From Ptychomitrium polyphyllum (lineage: Eukaryota), in NCBI GenBank assembly GCA_973851085.1, contig OZ316776.1, forward strand, positions 4,960,001 through 5,024,000: 64,000 nucleotides of DNA, given 5' to 3'. The notes under the pieces were generated by a model. That model searched no databases. It was not told where the DNA came from and saw nothing but the letters and a program-made list of their open reading frames with translations. This document shows positions 25,701-39,990 of the stretch, piece by piece. Position numbers and translations under genes: made by a program. Each line of letters opens with the position of its first letter. Position 1 is the stretch's first letter.

Positions 25701-28700
25701 ATATCTGTTGACATCTTACCGCCGACTTCAAATGAAAGGATCGAGAAAAAAGGAACCCCGCTATTTCTAGATGGAAAATTTTCTGAAAGTACATGTGCAA
25801 AAAGAGGGAAATACCGTCTTCTAAACTCCGGAAGGGGCCCCAAAAATCCTTCCCTGACGAAGTCAACCATCTGCATTCAAAGATAAATTATAAAGGTAAG
25901 AGAAGCTTATACTGCAAAACTCCCAAAAAGTTGAAAATCCACATGGATAACATTCTTTAGCAAGGCAACTGGTCATCCTGGAATCAAGGGGGTTGAGCTC
26001 CCTTTATATACTATGTACATATAGGATTCCTGGTTCATCCAATGTACAACTAAAATTGGTACTCATGATAGCCTGTTACCGAAGGGTGAGGTTCCCCACT
26101 GCTAAAAAATGTTATGGATTCGGCTGTCCCTGGCCAGCTATATGTTCAAATGTTATCTTCAATCATTAAATACACTCACAACCATTTGCAACAATACACA
26201 TAGTCCTGTAGACATTTCCAAGTAGTACCAGACGAAGAAAGATCGAACAAGTAGAATTGCAATACTTACACAGTAGTATTCCTGTAGGTTGTTTTGTAGA
26301 GGAGATCCAGTTAGAGCAATGCGACGATGTGTGCGCACTTGCCTTAAAGCTTGTGTAATATCAGCCTTAGTGTTTTTGATCATGTGAGCCTCGTCACACA
26401 CAAGGATATCTGGGCCTGGATCCTAACAAAATTGAAATACACAAAATACAACTGTCAGATCCTGCAAAACTCTCACAGACTATCACACAAATCTTATACT
26501 GCACTGTACAGTGTAATTCTGAAAACATGGCATCCTCAAACCTACAAGTCACATGGATACCATAAAGTTGCTGCATTCTAATACTACTTTTAAAAACTAT
26601 GTTGGTAAGTCATGATAAACTTTCTTTTATTTGCAGAACATACTGAAAGGTTGCTAAATCAAGAAAATTACCTGAAGAGTGACACACAAACTTTCTCGCA
26701 CAGCTTTTTCTTTCACTGTCTTGCCTATTGACAGTTGACGAAACGCTGTATAGCCAATGAGCATTACTCCACCAAGACTTTTCCATTTAGTGAGATATTT
26801 GGCTCGCTTCACATTATCCCTGCGGGAGAATATTGTACTTTGCTTTGTTATCTAAATCACAGTTCTCTAAAGTAAATGCCATAGCAGTAGTTGCTACCGA
26901 AAACTGACTGAAACGATATAAGAGATTGATAACAGATGCCCACAAACTCAAAGACAGCTCAAATCACAAGAGCGTAGTTAAAATGATAAGTTAATCTCTA
27001 GCCAAGAGAATTAATTCTAACTGTGCACCTTTCTTTGAAAGCAAGATAACACAATCCTAAAATAGATAATAAAACAAAACAGAGACCAACCTCGCCACAT
27101 CCTCAAGCATATAAACAGGAATTGGGGCTTCATTGCCTGGTTGCCATTTGTGGAATTCACTTCGCCAGTTATGCAATACATTGACTGGCACAACAATCAG
27201 CACTGTACTAAGACCCAAGTCCATCTTCAATACTGTGTATAGAAACGCTATAATCTGCAGTACAATTCACCCAAAATGTATATTGTGAGATCTTGTTAAA
27301 CATATGCCACTGTGATGCGCTAAACAGGACTTTCATAAGCAGAAGGATGAGAGCAAAATAAAAATTTCAATCTATTGAAAGAAAAGGAGCTATATCTTAT
27401 TAAAAGAAAAAATGCCACCAATAAAAAAAACATATTCTTAGTACAATCCAAGTGAAAGAAGCACAAAATTAGTATGAAGCAATAGTAAGGGTAACAAAGA
27501 TACGCCGTATTTCCACCTTTGTTTACTAATTGCTAACTGCTATTAATTGTATATATCTTAAATCCAGCAACCTCGTTTATCCTCAATGACTGACAATATT
27601 CAAAAGGTAACTACAAGAATAATATGTCAGGACTAGTAATATCAGCAGTTCATCACTGTTTTCTTCATGTGAGGGAGTGGCCTATGACCGAAGTAGAGAA
27701 CTGAAGGAAGGTAAAACCAGAAACATGCCTGCAAAGTCTTGCCGAGGCCCATGCTGTGAGCAAGTATACAACCAAATCCATCAACACCAGATTTAACTTT
27801 GCTAACCGACTCGATACAATTCTCCCACATGAAACGCATGCCTGCCAGCTGCCATTCCATTCATAAGCAACAAAAAATTGACAAAATCTTGTTACAAACT
27901 TCATAAAACATATGTAACAAGGTTCCTACATGATTCCATTACACCACTATAAGACAACAACCACTGTCATCACAATCACGTACAATAAAGTGGAACAAAC
28001 CTGATGCGGTTTTAAAATGCGGGATAGATGCACGCAAATTCTGACAGGTTCCTCGTTATCAGCACGTGCTTTGTTCAGAATAAAACCCTCATCTGCAATA
28101 TCGTCCTCATCCATGTCAAGAAGTACATCATTTGTGTGCAGGTTACGGTTTGGCTTCACCAGAGGTCCTTTACCATTTGCCTTAGCATTTGCTCGCCAAG
28201 TGTCAAGTCGTTCCTGTCGCTCCTGGAATCAAAAAGTCCACATTGTAAAGTCAACCATCTGACGATTGTTCTTGAGGTTTTCAACAGCCCTTCAAACCAT
28301 GCAACGAGTGTGAAAACCTTGCAAACTCGCATAATAGTATAACACTATATTAGAGTACCTACACAGAGCCAGCAAAACTTGCAATTCAAGAATTAGAAAA
28401 ATAAAATTCAATGAAGTCATTTCAAATATTTGTAGCTCACTTTTTCAAGAGACAGTAGATGCTTCGTCTTTTCATCGAGCTCTCCATCATCCAATACTGG
28501 CCGGATGTTTCTTCGTCTATTCCTGCTCCAACATTCATTCCACATTCACTCCACAAAATCAAACAATGAAGCTTTTGAACATATTGCAAATGCTGATTGT
28601 TTAAAAGCATAGGTACTTTGGAAAGAGTTACATAAGTTCAGATGAACTTTTATTCTGCAAAGCCCCAATCACCCCAGAAATTGAGAGTTTCACAAAGTAT

Positions 28701-31700
28701 TAGCAAGTGCATATTTAGTCATAAAACTCTCGATTGTCTGGTTAAACCAATCACAAGTAAACATAGTACTTGATTCTGATGAGTCCATAAGATACTTACC
28801 TTCTCTTGCTGCCAATAATCCTGTCACTAACAAAATCATCCTCAGCATCTGCATGCTGTGCCTTTAGAGCATCTTTCACAGCTTGATACTGTAAACGCAG
28901 GTTATGCAAGGGTTGCTTGTTGCAGAAAAAACACCTCCAATCATCACTTTCGGCAATTCGATTACATTCTTCCTCTCCTAGATTTCGTTTGATACAGGGA
29001 CAACAGAACACTTTGTCACAGGTTTCGCAGCACAAGACATCACCCCCTTGTCCACACCACCGACATTCATCCTCATGTCCATCTGCGTCCTGCAAAAATC
29101 TCAAAAACATGCAATGAAGTTAAGAGTTTTGGGAGAATCTTTACTTAGAAGATCAGAATCAATTGTATTTAAAGCCGAAACAGGTGTCAGTGCTTTCAAA
29201 AACAACAAAACCTGCTGGTCCGGAAACGGACACTAAAACGGTAGGACAGCCAACCTTGTTGAATGGCCCGCTGAACAGAAAGTTCTTGCATTTTCTACAG
29301 ATGCCCACATCCAGGGATGGATGCTTCATAACCTCTCGGTTCTTGAGCAGCATCCCGCAGGCTGTACATGAAAAGTTGCGAGGCTCTGCATCGTGGTAGA
29401 ATCTGCTAGAACTTAGCCTCTTTCTCATATTGTAGCCTCTGTCATCTTGAGAGTGATTATCTCCGCCCTGCAAGAACCTCGCAAAGAAACAGCATAGCTA
29501 AAACAAACATAACAATCCCTTAAACATGCATTCTAAATTCTAAAAGTTTCTGTATCAGGAAACCTAATCTGCATGTACAGGTTATCCCAAAGGCCATATT
29601 GTTGGGCTACTTCGCATATGCTCTTCTTCACTACGATCATCAAACACGTAAGCGTCCTCAGAGGCCATGAACCAACGCACCTCTGGAATCAACCAATCCC
29701 CAGACAAGTTCTCCAACTGCACTCTTTGTGAGCTATCCTTTCGGCTACCAAGAACGACAACTTCCGCAAAATCACTGACAAGATCTCCACCAGCATCTTT
29801 CGCATGAACCTTATCCTTCAGCAACTTTTTTTCATTTGCAAACTCCTCAACTTCATGTTCACCATCGCTATCAATCATGACCACTGTCTTCCTTTTCTTA
29901 GCATCCTTGATTTCTAAATCTATCTCTGTAAAAACCAAGAGACCACTAGAATTCAGGCGGGTATAGGGAAAATAAGCTAGGAGTTCAATTCTACATCTGT
30001 TCAAATTGCAGTGCCTTTCGAGACTGATCGCAGTGTATGCGTTTGAACAAAATTTTGAACTAAAGATTCAAGTGCCATGCGTTAATTGACAATAATATAA
30101 ATCTATATGAATGTTGATTAACAAAAATACTTGATCGTCAAGTATAAGATGATAAACGTGTTTAGTAAGCTGCTAAGCAAGACTGAAGCCTTAAGGTTTT
30201 TAGCCAAGCTGCAAAACAGGAAATCACGAAAAGGAAAAGAAAAAGATGTACAAAATCTTGAAATAATACTTCGCACCTCATTAACTCACAGAAAACCGAT
30301 AAAGATCAAAAGAATGTTTATAAAGACCTGTTGGTGTCAATCGTCGCTTTGACTGCTTGGATGGTATCAAGGATACAATACCATTTTGAGAATCAGGACC
30401 TTGTGACTCTCTAAGATGCACCACACCCGCAATATCAACAATCCAAGGTTCAGAGTTTGCTTTCTCAATGTTGCCTTTCACATCCTCGTCTTGCTCTGAC
30501 ATTTTCACAAGCGCATATAACAGACAATATTAGTTCAGCAGGCATAGACATTACAAGAGGTGTGACATAGTTCATCTGCAAGAGCTATCTGAATCAACAC
30601 GGCCTCACACTCAGTCACCTGACAGGTGACCCTTCTGCCCAGACAGAACCCCATAAACGTACATACAAGTTTCTCCATGCCTGCTAAGGAGAAGGGGAAA
30701 TTGAACCCACATCCATCAACCCATAACCTACAGTTTTTTAAGCCGCCGGATCAAGCATCCCACCCCAACTCTATGGTGCCGTCAAGGCATGAGGATATAC
30801 ATGTGAAACAACCAAAGTAACTTATCATGTGACACATGATAAGGAATCATAGTGAAATTGTAATGTGGTGAACTCACCATGCGATTTAATACTGGTTGGG
30901 GATGTACCTAAGGGCACAAATTTACAGTCAACAACAGGTTCTAGCAAGTCCGCATCTTCTATTTTCAAATTCTTCACGTGATCTGGTAGAGACCCGTTTT
31001 CCTCAAAAAGAAGGCATAAATCTGGACCCTCAACAGCTGCATCGGAGGATGAAGCCTGACAAAACATCCAGCTAACATCAGAAAACAAGTACAGAATCAC
31101 TTCACAACAGAAGCCCTGCTTTCATCAAGATATCATGCATCCCATGTATATATATATATATATATATGTGAGCAGCAAGGAGTTATTAACATCAAGTCTA
31201 AGAGACATGGACATTAATTTTGAAACATCACATTGAGGTGTCAATATTCGAAACAAGCACAAAACAAATTCATCCGTACCACAGAGCCATTGATATTTAC
31301 TGCACTCTCTAGCTTTTTCTGTGCATGAGTGCGAGGTTTTCTTGGTCGTGGAGGAAGAAGCTTTCTTTGCAGCTTCTTTGTTCTCTTCACATCATCTTCT
31401 TCACAAACCTTGTAGTATTTAAACAAACCACACTCAGTAAGTTATTTTGTAGGCACTGTGCCTAGTCAAATAGATAGCACATTAGGCAACCCTGGGAGAA
31501 AATATTAACCAAATCCTACTCCAACTCCATCTCCATGTTTGTACTTAGCCTTTTGAAATTCATAGCTAATTAAACCATAAAAAATTTAATCCGGAAAGTA
31601 GTCACCACAAAATTAGTAGCATCAAAGGTAGACAAAACCATCAGTACTTACAGAAAAAAAAATGAAAACAAATAAAATAACATAGTATGATATAATATTC

Positions 31701-34700
31701 TGAACGGAATATCACCTTTTTCACGATGATTTTTCGGTGTCCAGTTGAATTCTGTTGTCCTTCACTTGCTAGGGCTTCCTTGAAGAGCTTGCTTTTATCC
31801 GCATCCAAATCACCTATTTCTTCCACCTGAAAGACTCAGTAATATTAGTGTTTGACCAGAAATTTAAGCAACGGTAAGGTAAGAAAATCTCATAAGGATT
31901 CAAAATACGAGGATCACCATTGCCATAACCCGTCTAGAACATCCACAACACCGCAAGACAGTCACTGAGAATATGAACATCCTTCTCAAGAAATGGCACA
32001 TATGACCAACTGAAACATGCAAAATTGAACGCAGAGAAACTGACATATGCTAAGGTCTATTTATAAACGTGTGCAATGAGCAAAATGGTAAAGAACCACA
32101 GAAATCCAAGCCAAAATACAGAGATAGCAATCCAACCATTAAGTATTAAAATTCTAAGAACACAGGTCTTCGAGTACAATGCAAGACTTCAATAAGTAAC
32201 CACGTATCATAACATAGTTCCAGATTCACTGTCACGTCACCAATGGATTCAAAACAAATCAAAGACGCTGACTAAATTAAAACTGAATTCAGCCGTTCTA
32301 GCACTTCCACAAGAGAAATAATGATCATACTCTGATACGACAATCAGAGATACTGAAACTATAATAATTCAGTTTACTTGTGACTGGGTGCAGAGGGGAT
32401 TGAAATAACATACAGTGCCTATTCCAGGTAAAATCAGTCCCATTTGTGTCGCCTGCTCAGGCGTAGAAGCCAGATAGACACTGGCCCACTTTTCTGTCCC
32501 CATAAGAGAACCAGGACCTGGATTGTCTTCTTCTTTGTCTAAGACATCATACAAAGTCCACCCATCCTCTGGTACATCATCCGATGAAATTTGGGATTTT
32601 ACTTTTGTCTTTAGGAAGCCACTAGCTCCCTCATCCTGGATCCTTCCATGATGCCTGTCCATCAATCACGTGCAATATGTTCACTGCCCAAGTCTGAAAC
32701 GCAACAAAAGTAGGCCACTTTCCAAACAATGTACATTGTACAGCTATGTAACGTGCTGCATGTAACATAAACGCTACCGATCCCGTACATCCAGTACTAC
32801 AAAAAGACATGACTAGAGAGAGATTTACACCTTCTTACGGGCCGCTTCTCCTTCAAATCCCGCTCAGCTTTTTCAACAAAATCATAGACTTCAGAGGTAG
32901 GCGTTATGCCCGCCCAATGTGTTCTTTTCCTCCAGGCCTCAGTTGTACACAACTCAGGAAGTTGTTTCTCAAAATGCTTATACAAGTGCGGCAAATCCAG
33001 ACCAGCTTCTTCTAATTTCTCCTGGTAAAATGCGAATCATGAACAATCGATCAAACAATCATCATCTTCCAGAAGTAAACCTAGTCCACTATCTGACTAA
33101 CTATACATTGATGTCCTATATTGCCGATGGGAAAGCTAGATACAAAAATATTCAGACAAAAGGACGTAAGACAGATAGACACACAAAGGCTCAGAATAGA
33201 AAAACCTGCAAGAGTGCGATTTGATCCTCCAATTCCGCAAGCTTTTCCTCCCAACTTTCAATATATGTTGCCATTTCTTCTTCGACGGCTACCTCCAACT
33301 GCACTAAAAATAAATCACTTAAACTCTCGAACAATCCTAATATCTTAAATTACAGAAAATTGTTTGATTTATAGAAAGATTATTAGTAGCTATGGATGCA
33401 TATACTTGCAAACACTTTCAATAAAACAGTTTGGACCTGATACACAGTCCTTTGGTCATTTAGGCTGCAAGAAGACATTAACCCTGTTTCTGACTTCTGT
33501 TGAGAATCTTAAAATTCAAACAACGGAACATGTAAAAGTAGAAACCGAAGTAAAGGCACCGATAAAGACCTCAGGTCCAAAGTTGGTTTCCGACAATTCC
33601 AAAGACACCTCCAACCTTGTAGCATTCAGTGATTCATCCTCTAGTATCTCCTGTGCTTCAATAGCCTGAAAATGTACAAATTAGAATCAACATATCTTGG
33701 AGTTGAGCTGCCTTCAGTTGAATTAACAAATCAGCACTAACTACAACAGTATGAACGCATTACTAGGAAAAAAGGTCTCAATCGCAACAAAAAAAACTGT
33801 AAAGAGAAACATGAATTAGAGTTCACAAAGAGTTTTGGGTATACCTCTTGCTCAGCTTGGAAAAATTCATCGACCAAGATTTGAAGCTGCTCATCAGTGT
33901 AACAGACCTAACCAACAAAGCAAACACGTCCTGCTGTCGTTCAATTGATCAAGAATGTAAAACTTGCAAGAATTGCATGAACCAGATATACTAAATTTCG
34001 GGTTAGGATAACTGATGCCACCTGCGAATAGGATTAATAAACGCAACCTGTTAAGCCACTATATTCCTTAAGATCTCCAGTCTCTGCTTCGATATACTCT
34101 TTTGAATCCCGTTTTAGTGACCAGATCACAACATATGCAAATCATTAAAAAGAGCGACTAGTCTGATAGTGGACATATACTTATTGGAATAAATTAAAGG
34201 GCGTAAGTTTCTACCTCGATGTTGGAATTCTCGCCAGGTTCAGATTCTGAGTAATCATCGTCATCTGGATTTAACTCATCATCGTCGACCTCTTCAGCCG
34301 AACTGAATTCTTCAGCTTCGTCCCCATCCCCACACTTAACTTCCGCATTTATGGAAGCATTACCATCGCTGCTCCTGGCAGCATCTTCGTTCACGCCTTC
34401 AGCTGTACACAAATCCCCATTTATAGGAGGCTTCCCATCTTTTGAAGCAACTCTATCTTCGATCCCAGGTGTCGATACTCCCAAAACAACCTTCTTGCCC
34501 TCAGGTGCTGTAGTTGGTACTAACGGATTTGATACTGCCGGGGGCATTTCTGGGTCCCTGAGAACTCCCATAAGTAGTTTAATTACTTTAACCACAAACT
34601 GCACAGTCATCAATGCCAGAAATAATATTGACAACAAATTGCGAATAGCAGCAACTTAAGGCACTAACGGGATTATTGTACATACGTCGAGCCATGTCTC

Positions 34701-34782
34701 ACGAAGATTATAACTCGTAAAACCAAGAATACCTGAATCGGGCATTATGGAAACCGGCTCTAAGAGGAGTCCACAAATCCAT
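22729..34782 (-). CDS. ATRX: ATRX-like SNF2 chromatin remodeler (CHR20), about 30 exons
   Basis: Exons encode the plant ATRX N-terminus ([14 protein letters not shown]), an ADD domain (CTACG...[28 protein letters not shown]), and SNF2 motifs ([55 protein letters not shown]). The stop is at 22729-22731. The start is ATG 34547, or an upstream in-frame ATG at 34782 spliced 34733>34557. The 5' UTR probably extends to ~36.5 kb. Confidence 0.95.
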
Positions 34783-36377
34783 CCAAGTTTGCAAGCAAAA
34801 TCGGAAAAAGGAAAGAAGAAAAACTAACAAACAAAAAATGCTAAAGACTGAACAGGGAAACAAAACAGATAAATATAACGCCACAAAAGTGAAGTAAAGG
34901 GCGACACAGCATAGCTCACTTTGGCACTGAAGCAGCAGCAGCGACTGAGCTCTGGATGACGAGATGAGAGAGCGCATCTTCAGCAGCCGCAACAGGGGAA
35001 CCCGGTCCCTCCATAATAGCCCTCAGCGGCTATATACTGAACAGATCGTCCTACACCATGAGAAAATCTTGCCCCAGATCATTAACATCCGAATCTTCAG
35101 GCCGTCTTCGTTTTCTGCTGACACGGTTTCATACGGCTCGCATCAATTCAGCATGCTTCAGTCCACAAAGAGATGCAGGCGACACACGTGAGGCAAACGC
35201 AAGTCAGTCATAGACACGATTTGAAACTTCACCCTCGCTGCACTGAAAGGCACCGAGAGGAGTAGCTAAATTCGTCCAATGCGTCCGGGAACGCCTTGGG
35301 ACTCAAACCGAACCTCTGCACCCTTGCTTATTAAAAATCTTCACTCTGCAACTCAAAGTAGAAACGACGACTGACGCATCAACAGGCAACAGAGGAGGCA
35401 CCCAGATCCACGACCAAACCCCCAACACCCTCCCAAACACACAGAGGCATGTCCCTGAAGTCAGATGGCATAGAAGGAAAAGTAGAACCTTTACATACCT
35501 CAACAAAGGAATAATCTACCACACTTGTTCCTCACAACTAACCAGTATCAACCCTTTCCAAACACTTTCTCAAAACGACGCTGTAAAACACCGCCGTACA
35601 CTACAGCTACTCTGCTCTCGAAAATCAATCGTTGGTGCGATATGAAGGTACAATTGCTATCATTCTCAACAAATGCCATTTGAAAAATGCTCCAACATCA
35701 CCAGCCACAAGCCAAGTCCACAAACCCACTCTGTCCAGACGCCGTACCCAAAACAATGAATTCTCTAGGAGCTACCTTACTCCACCAAACACGCGCGCGC
35801 GCGCACCCTGAATTGAACTCCAACAATCCTGGCTTCCACATCCATCACAAGAATGCAAACTCCACAATCCCAGACCCAAACAAACAGAGGATCCCGCCAT
35901 TTGACCCTCCAAATTAGCCGCTACTCACGCCTCGAACACCCAGAATGTCACATCCAAAATGACCCCCCATTTTCCGTACCTTAACTTACCACCGCTCTGC
36001 ACTCGCGTCCTAGAGCTCTCGCCCTTCCGTCTCCTGATCGGTTCCCATGAACTCAACTCCTCACTGACTGACAGACTCCCTCACTCACCCACTACCTCAA
36101 TCACTCACTCCAGCTAGACCACGACCACAAACACAAGAAACAACAACAATGATGAGGTTGCAAAGCCAAGCCAAGCCAACCCCCCTCCCAAGGAGCCAGA
36201 CTCACCACGGCTACGCTTCTAGGGTTGCAGCGACCTCACCAAACGAGCAACCGCGGTGATCGGCCCCAACAGAGCTCACCAGAGGAACGCAAATCCACCG
36301 GGCCGCTCGGATCCGCAGCGGCGGCGTCGACCGAAAACTCGCGGAGCGAAATTCCGACGCAGGGGACCAAATCCACC

Positions 36378-36460
36378 GACACACACAGCCACAGCCACAG
36401 ACAGACACAGACAGACACACACACACACACACACACACAGCCACAGACACAGCCACAGAC
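36378..36460. repeat. CA/CACAG-rich microsatellite near the ATRX 5' end
   Basis: Visible (ca)n and (cacagc/cacaga)n runs. Confidence 0.9.
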
Positions 36461-36759
36461 AGCGAGCGACGGACACTCAGCGAGCGCGCGACCAACGCAC
36501 AGTAAGTAGGAAAAAAATAAAATCTAAAAAGTCGGTTCCTCCGCAGTCACCGTGGCTTGGAAAGTGCTGTGGCCTCTCGGTCCTCCGCCGTGGTCGAGTC
36601 TTCGCTCCTCTGCTGCACGCTTCCAGCCCACAGGTTCCCAGTTGGCGGCTTGCTAAATTAGCCCCCTCAAGGGCTGTTGGCAACGCTAATTTTGGAAAAA
36701 TGTCACCCACAACTTGGCTGCAAATCAAACTAAACTAAAGGGGAGAGGGTGCGTGGGTA

Positions 36760-36795
36760 GGGGGAGGGGGAGGGGGAGGGGGAGGGGGAGGGGGG
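36760..36795 (+). repeat. (GGGGGA)x6 G-tract repeat, potential G-quadruplex
   Basis: Six runs of 5-6 G separated by single A. Confidence 0.85.
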
Positions 36796-38854
36796 AGGTG
36801 GAAGAGGGGCATGCAAGGCTACCAAACCCTAATGGGGTGAGGTGGGAATGTTTGGAATGGGGCTCTTCCACCCCATTTTGTAGCCATGATGATGTACATC
36901 CCCTCCATGATGAGTGGAGTGGGGGAGTGACTTTCTCTACGTTGTAAGGTCACAAGGAATTCATTCTACTTGCGTCATTATCATTGTGATTATCTTTTTC
37001 TTTTTCTTTCCTCTTTTTAGAAGTAGTCAAAGATGATGCAAAATCTTTTCATTACTACGGCAATGAATGGTAGGAAAACTAACACAAAAAAATAATTTGG
37101 AACCAATTTAGTAAATATGCAAAACATGTGGGATAGTACATTAGGAATAACCTTTCAATATAAATACAATATTTTTAAGAGGTTTCTTTTTTTCTAATTG
37201 AATTTCATCATTCTTTTGAAAACGGATGTGAAAGGTCATGGTAAAAGTTAGAATTTGCATTGATGAGGCATAATCCATTCACTACCACGTTTTCCTGACA
37301 TTATTCATTAAGGTAAAACTAATTCAATTGGTTTAATAAAAAAGGTTAGACAAAAAACATTTGGCCATCAACTTCAAGTGTTTAAATGATTTTTTTTTTG
37401 ATATTATTATTGAATTTTTTTTGGATTTTGGCTTTATAAACCAAGAATTTTTTTAAAAATTTGTTAGAATTTGTCAACTTTTAAAACTAATTAATAATGA
37501 ATTTAATTCAAGTGAATATAGTATTATAAAATAAACAAATATAATAGAATTATTTGTAAATTATCTAATGTCAATTTTCTTTCTACTCAAATATATTCAT
37601 TTTTTGCATTTTATAATATATGCTTTCAATGACATTTCCACATTTCTACATTTTTATTGTTCATATTAAACTTTAAAAAAACCTATATTCATCATAAAGA
37701 AATGTGCATTATCATGGCTACAAAGGAAAAGAATACTTTAACAAAAATTAGTTTCTAAATTTTGAATAAATTTCATATTCCAATGAACAAATGGAGTTTT
37801 AATAAATTTGAATCAAGATATACCTTGGTTTATTGAGTGTTTTATTAAAATTAAAGTGTCTCTTTTAAAACTATTATTTTTAAATCTTTGATGACTATTT
37901 GTTAATTACTTTTATTTGTAACCTTTCAATCATTTTTTAGCTAATTCAAAATAAATAATTTAATGTTTGAATTAAATTTTAGATCTTCATATATTAGAAC
38001 TATTTGTGATTTAAAGAAAATACAAATAATTGTATAATATAACAAACTTGAATGCAATTAAATTCTAAAATGAAGAGTTTTGCTAAATTTGTTGCAATCT
38101 ATAAGAAATATGAAGTTTTTCTTTTTGTATTTAAAACACTTTATATTTTAACATCATATAATTGAATTAATAGAAACCATACTATTAAAACAAGAAAAAA
38201 TAAGTTTTTATTTATTGAATTCACAAAAAACTAAAAAAATTAAAGATTAAAATATTATTGGTTTTTAAAAAATTGTGAATTAATGATTAAATTTTTTAAT
38301 TCAAATGTTTGTTCAAAATTTACTATTTTATTTTGTTGAATAATAAAAAAACCTTTGAAAATTTCAAGAATTTAGTCCTTTAAAATTTTGTAAAATTCTT
38401 ATCATATTTTTTTATCTTTGACATTACAATGCTTCTAGCACTAATACAATTATTGCATGATAAATTTTTACTAATTAAACATGGTTGTAGATAATCTTTA
38501 AAAATTCAAAAGAGCTCTATTTCTTTAAAATTGTACAATACACCATTGAAATAAAATTTGTGCCTCTTGAAATTTTTGTAATTTTAATATAGATTTGGAG
38601 ACAAGATTAAGCATAATATTGAGTTTTTAATGATAAATTTATATTTTTCACAAGTATTTGATGCTCCAAGTGGCTTAAAAGTAAACAATGGATTAAGCAA
38701 ATTTTTTAAGTGAGTTAAGCAATAGTTAAAAAATGATACTTATGGCAATACAACAACTTTACAAAATACTTTTATTGAATGATGTCACTCCTTTAGTTGT
38801 TTTTATTATTTTAAAAGCAAACAAGTAAAATAAATGCTTTATTTCTTTACAATA

Positions 38855-39990
38855 GCTAGCCATTTGAATAAATAAAGACTACGATAAATGAAAACAAATA
38901 AACTATTTAGCAACATTCTCTTTTAGTTACATGGACAGTGTTGGAAGTGGACAAGTGGTATTCAATTACATCAGCGACATTCATTTGAACAACAGTAAAA
39001 ACTTGGCAGTTATGATAGTGAAAGAGACAACTAACTTGCTGAGTAACATTACCTTTTTGCCACATAGACAATGCTGGAAGTCGGTAAGTACATTAGATGC
39101 TTTGCCTAGTCACATCAACTAGCCATTCAAACAACATTGGAATCTAGCAATCACGGTAGTGAAAGGGAACAAATAAATTGTTCAATAACATTGATTTTTA
39201 GCTACATGGACAGTGTTGGAAGTGGACAAGTGGTATTCAATCACATCAGCGACATTCATTTGAACAACAGTACAAACTTGGCAGTTATGATAGTGAAAGA
39301 GACAACTAACTTGCTGAGTAACATTACCTTTTTGCCACATAGACAATGCTGGAAGTCGGTAAGTACATTAGATGCTTTGCCTAGTCACATCAACTAGCCA
39401 TTCAAACAACATTGGAATCTAGCAATCACGGTAGTGAAAGGGAACAAATAAATTGTTCAATAACATTGATTTTTAGCTACATGGACAGTGTTGGAAGTGG
39501 ACAAGTGGTATTCAATCACATCAGCGACATTCATTTGAACAACAGTACAAACTTGGCAGTTATGATAGTGAAAGAGACAACTAACTTGCTGAGTAACATT
39601 ACCTTTTTGCCACATAGACAATGTTAGAAGTGGGTAAGTACATCAGATGCTTTGCCTAGTCACATCAATTAATCATTCAAACAGCATTGGAATCTAGCAA
39701 TCATGATAGTGAAAGGGTACAAATGAATTGTTCAATAACATTGATTTTTAGCTACATGGACAGTGTTTTAGCTACATGGACAATGTTCAAAGTGGACAAG
39801 TGGTATTTAATCACATCATGCATTTGAACAACAATACAAATTTGGCAATTATGATAATAAAAGAGACAATTAACTTATTTAGAAACATCACCTTTTGGCC
39901 ACATGGACAATATTGGAAGTGAATAGTAGAGTAGATGCTTTGCCTACATATATTATTAAGCCACATACATATAATTTGAATAACAATAGA
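38855..39990. repeat. 275-bp tandem array, about 4 copies
   Basis: ttttag(c/t)tacatggacagtg recurs at 38921, 39196, 39471 and ~39746. Central copies are nearly identical and the flanking copies are decayed. Confidence 0.95.

Noticed and set aside
36211..36947. ORFs such as VCVCVC, THTHTH and GRGRGR
   Set aside because: They are translation artefacts of microsatellites in the ATRX 5' region.
38931..39627. Repeated short ORFs (MDSVGSGQ...) as a repeat protein or LRR gene
   Set aside because: The 275-bp period is not a multiple of 3, each unit contains stops, and there is no convincing LRR consensus.
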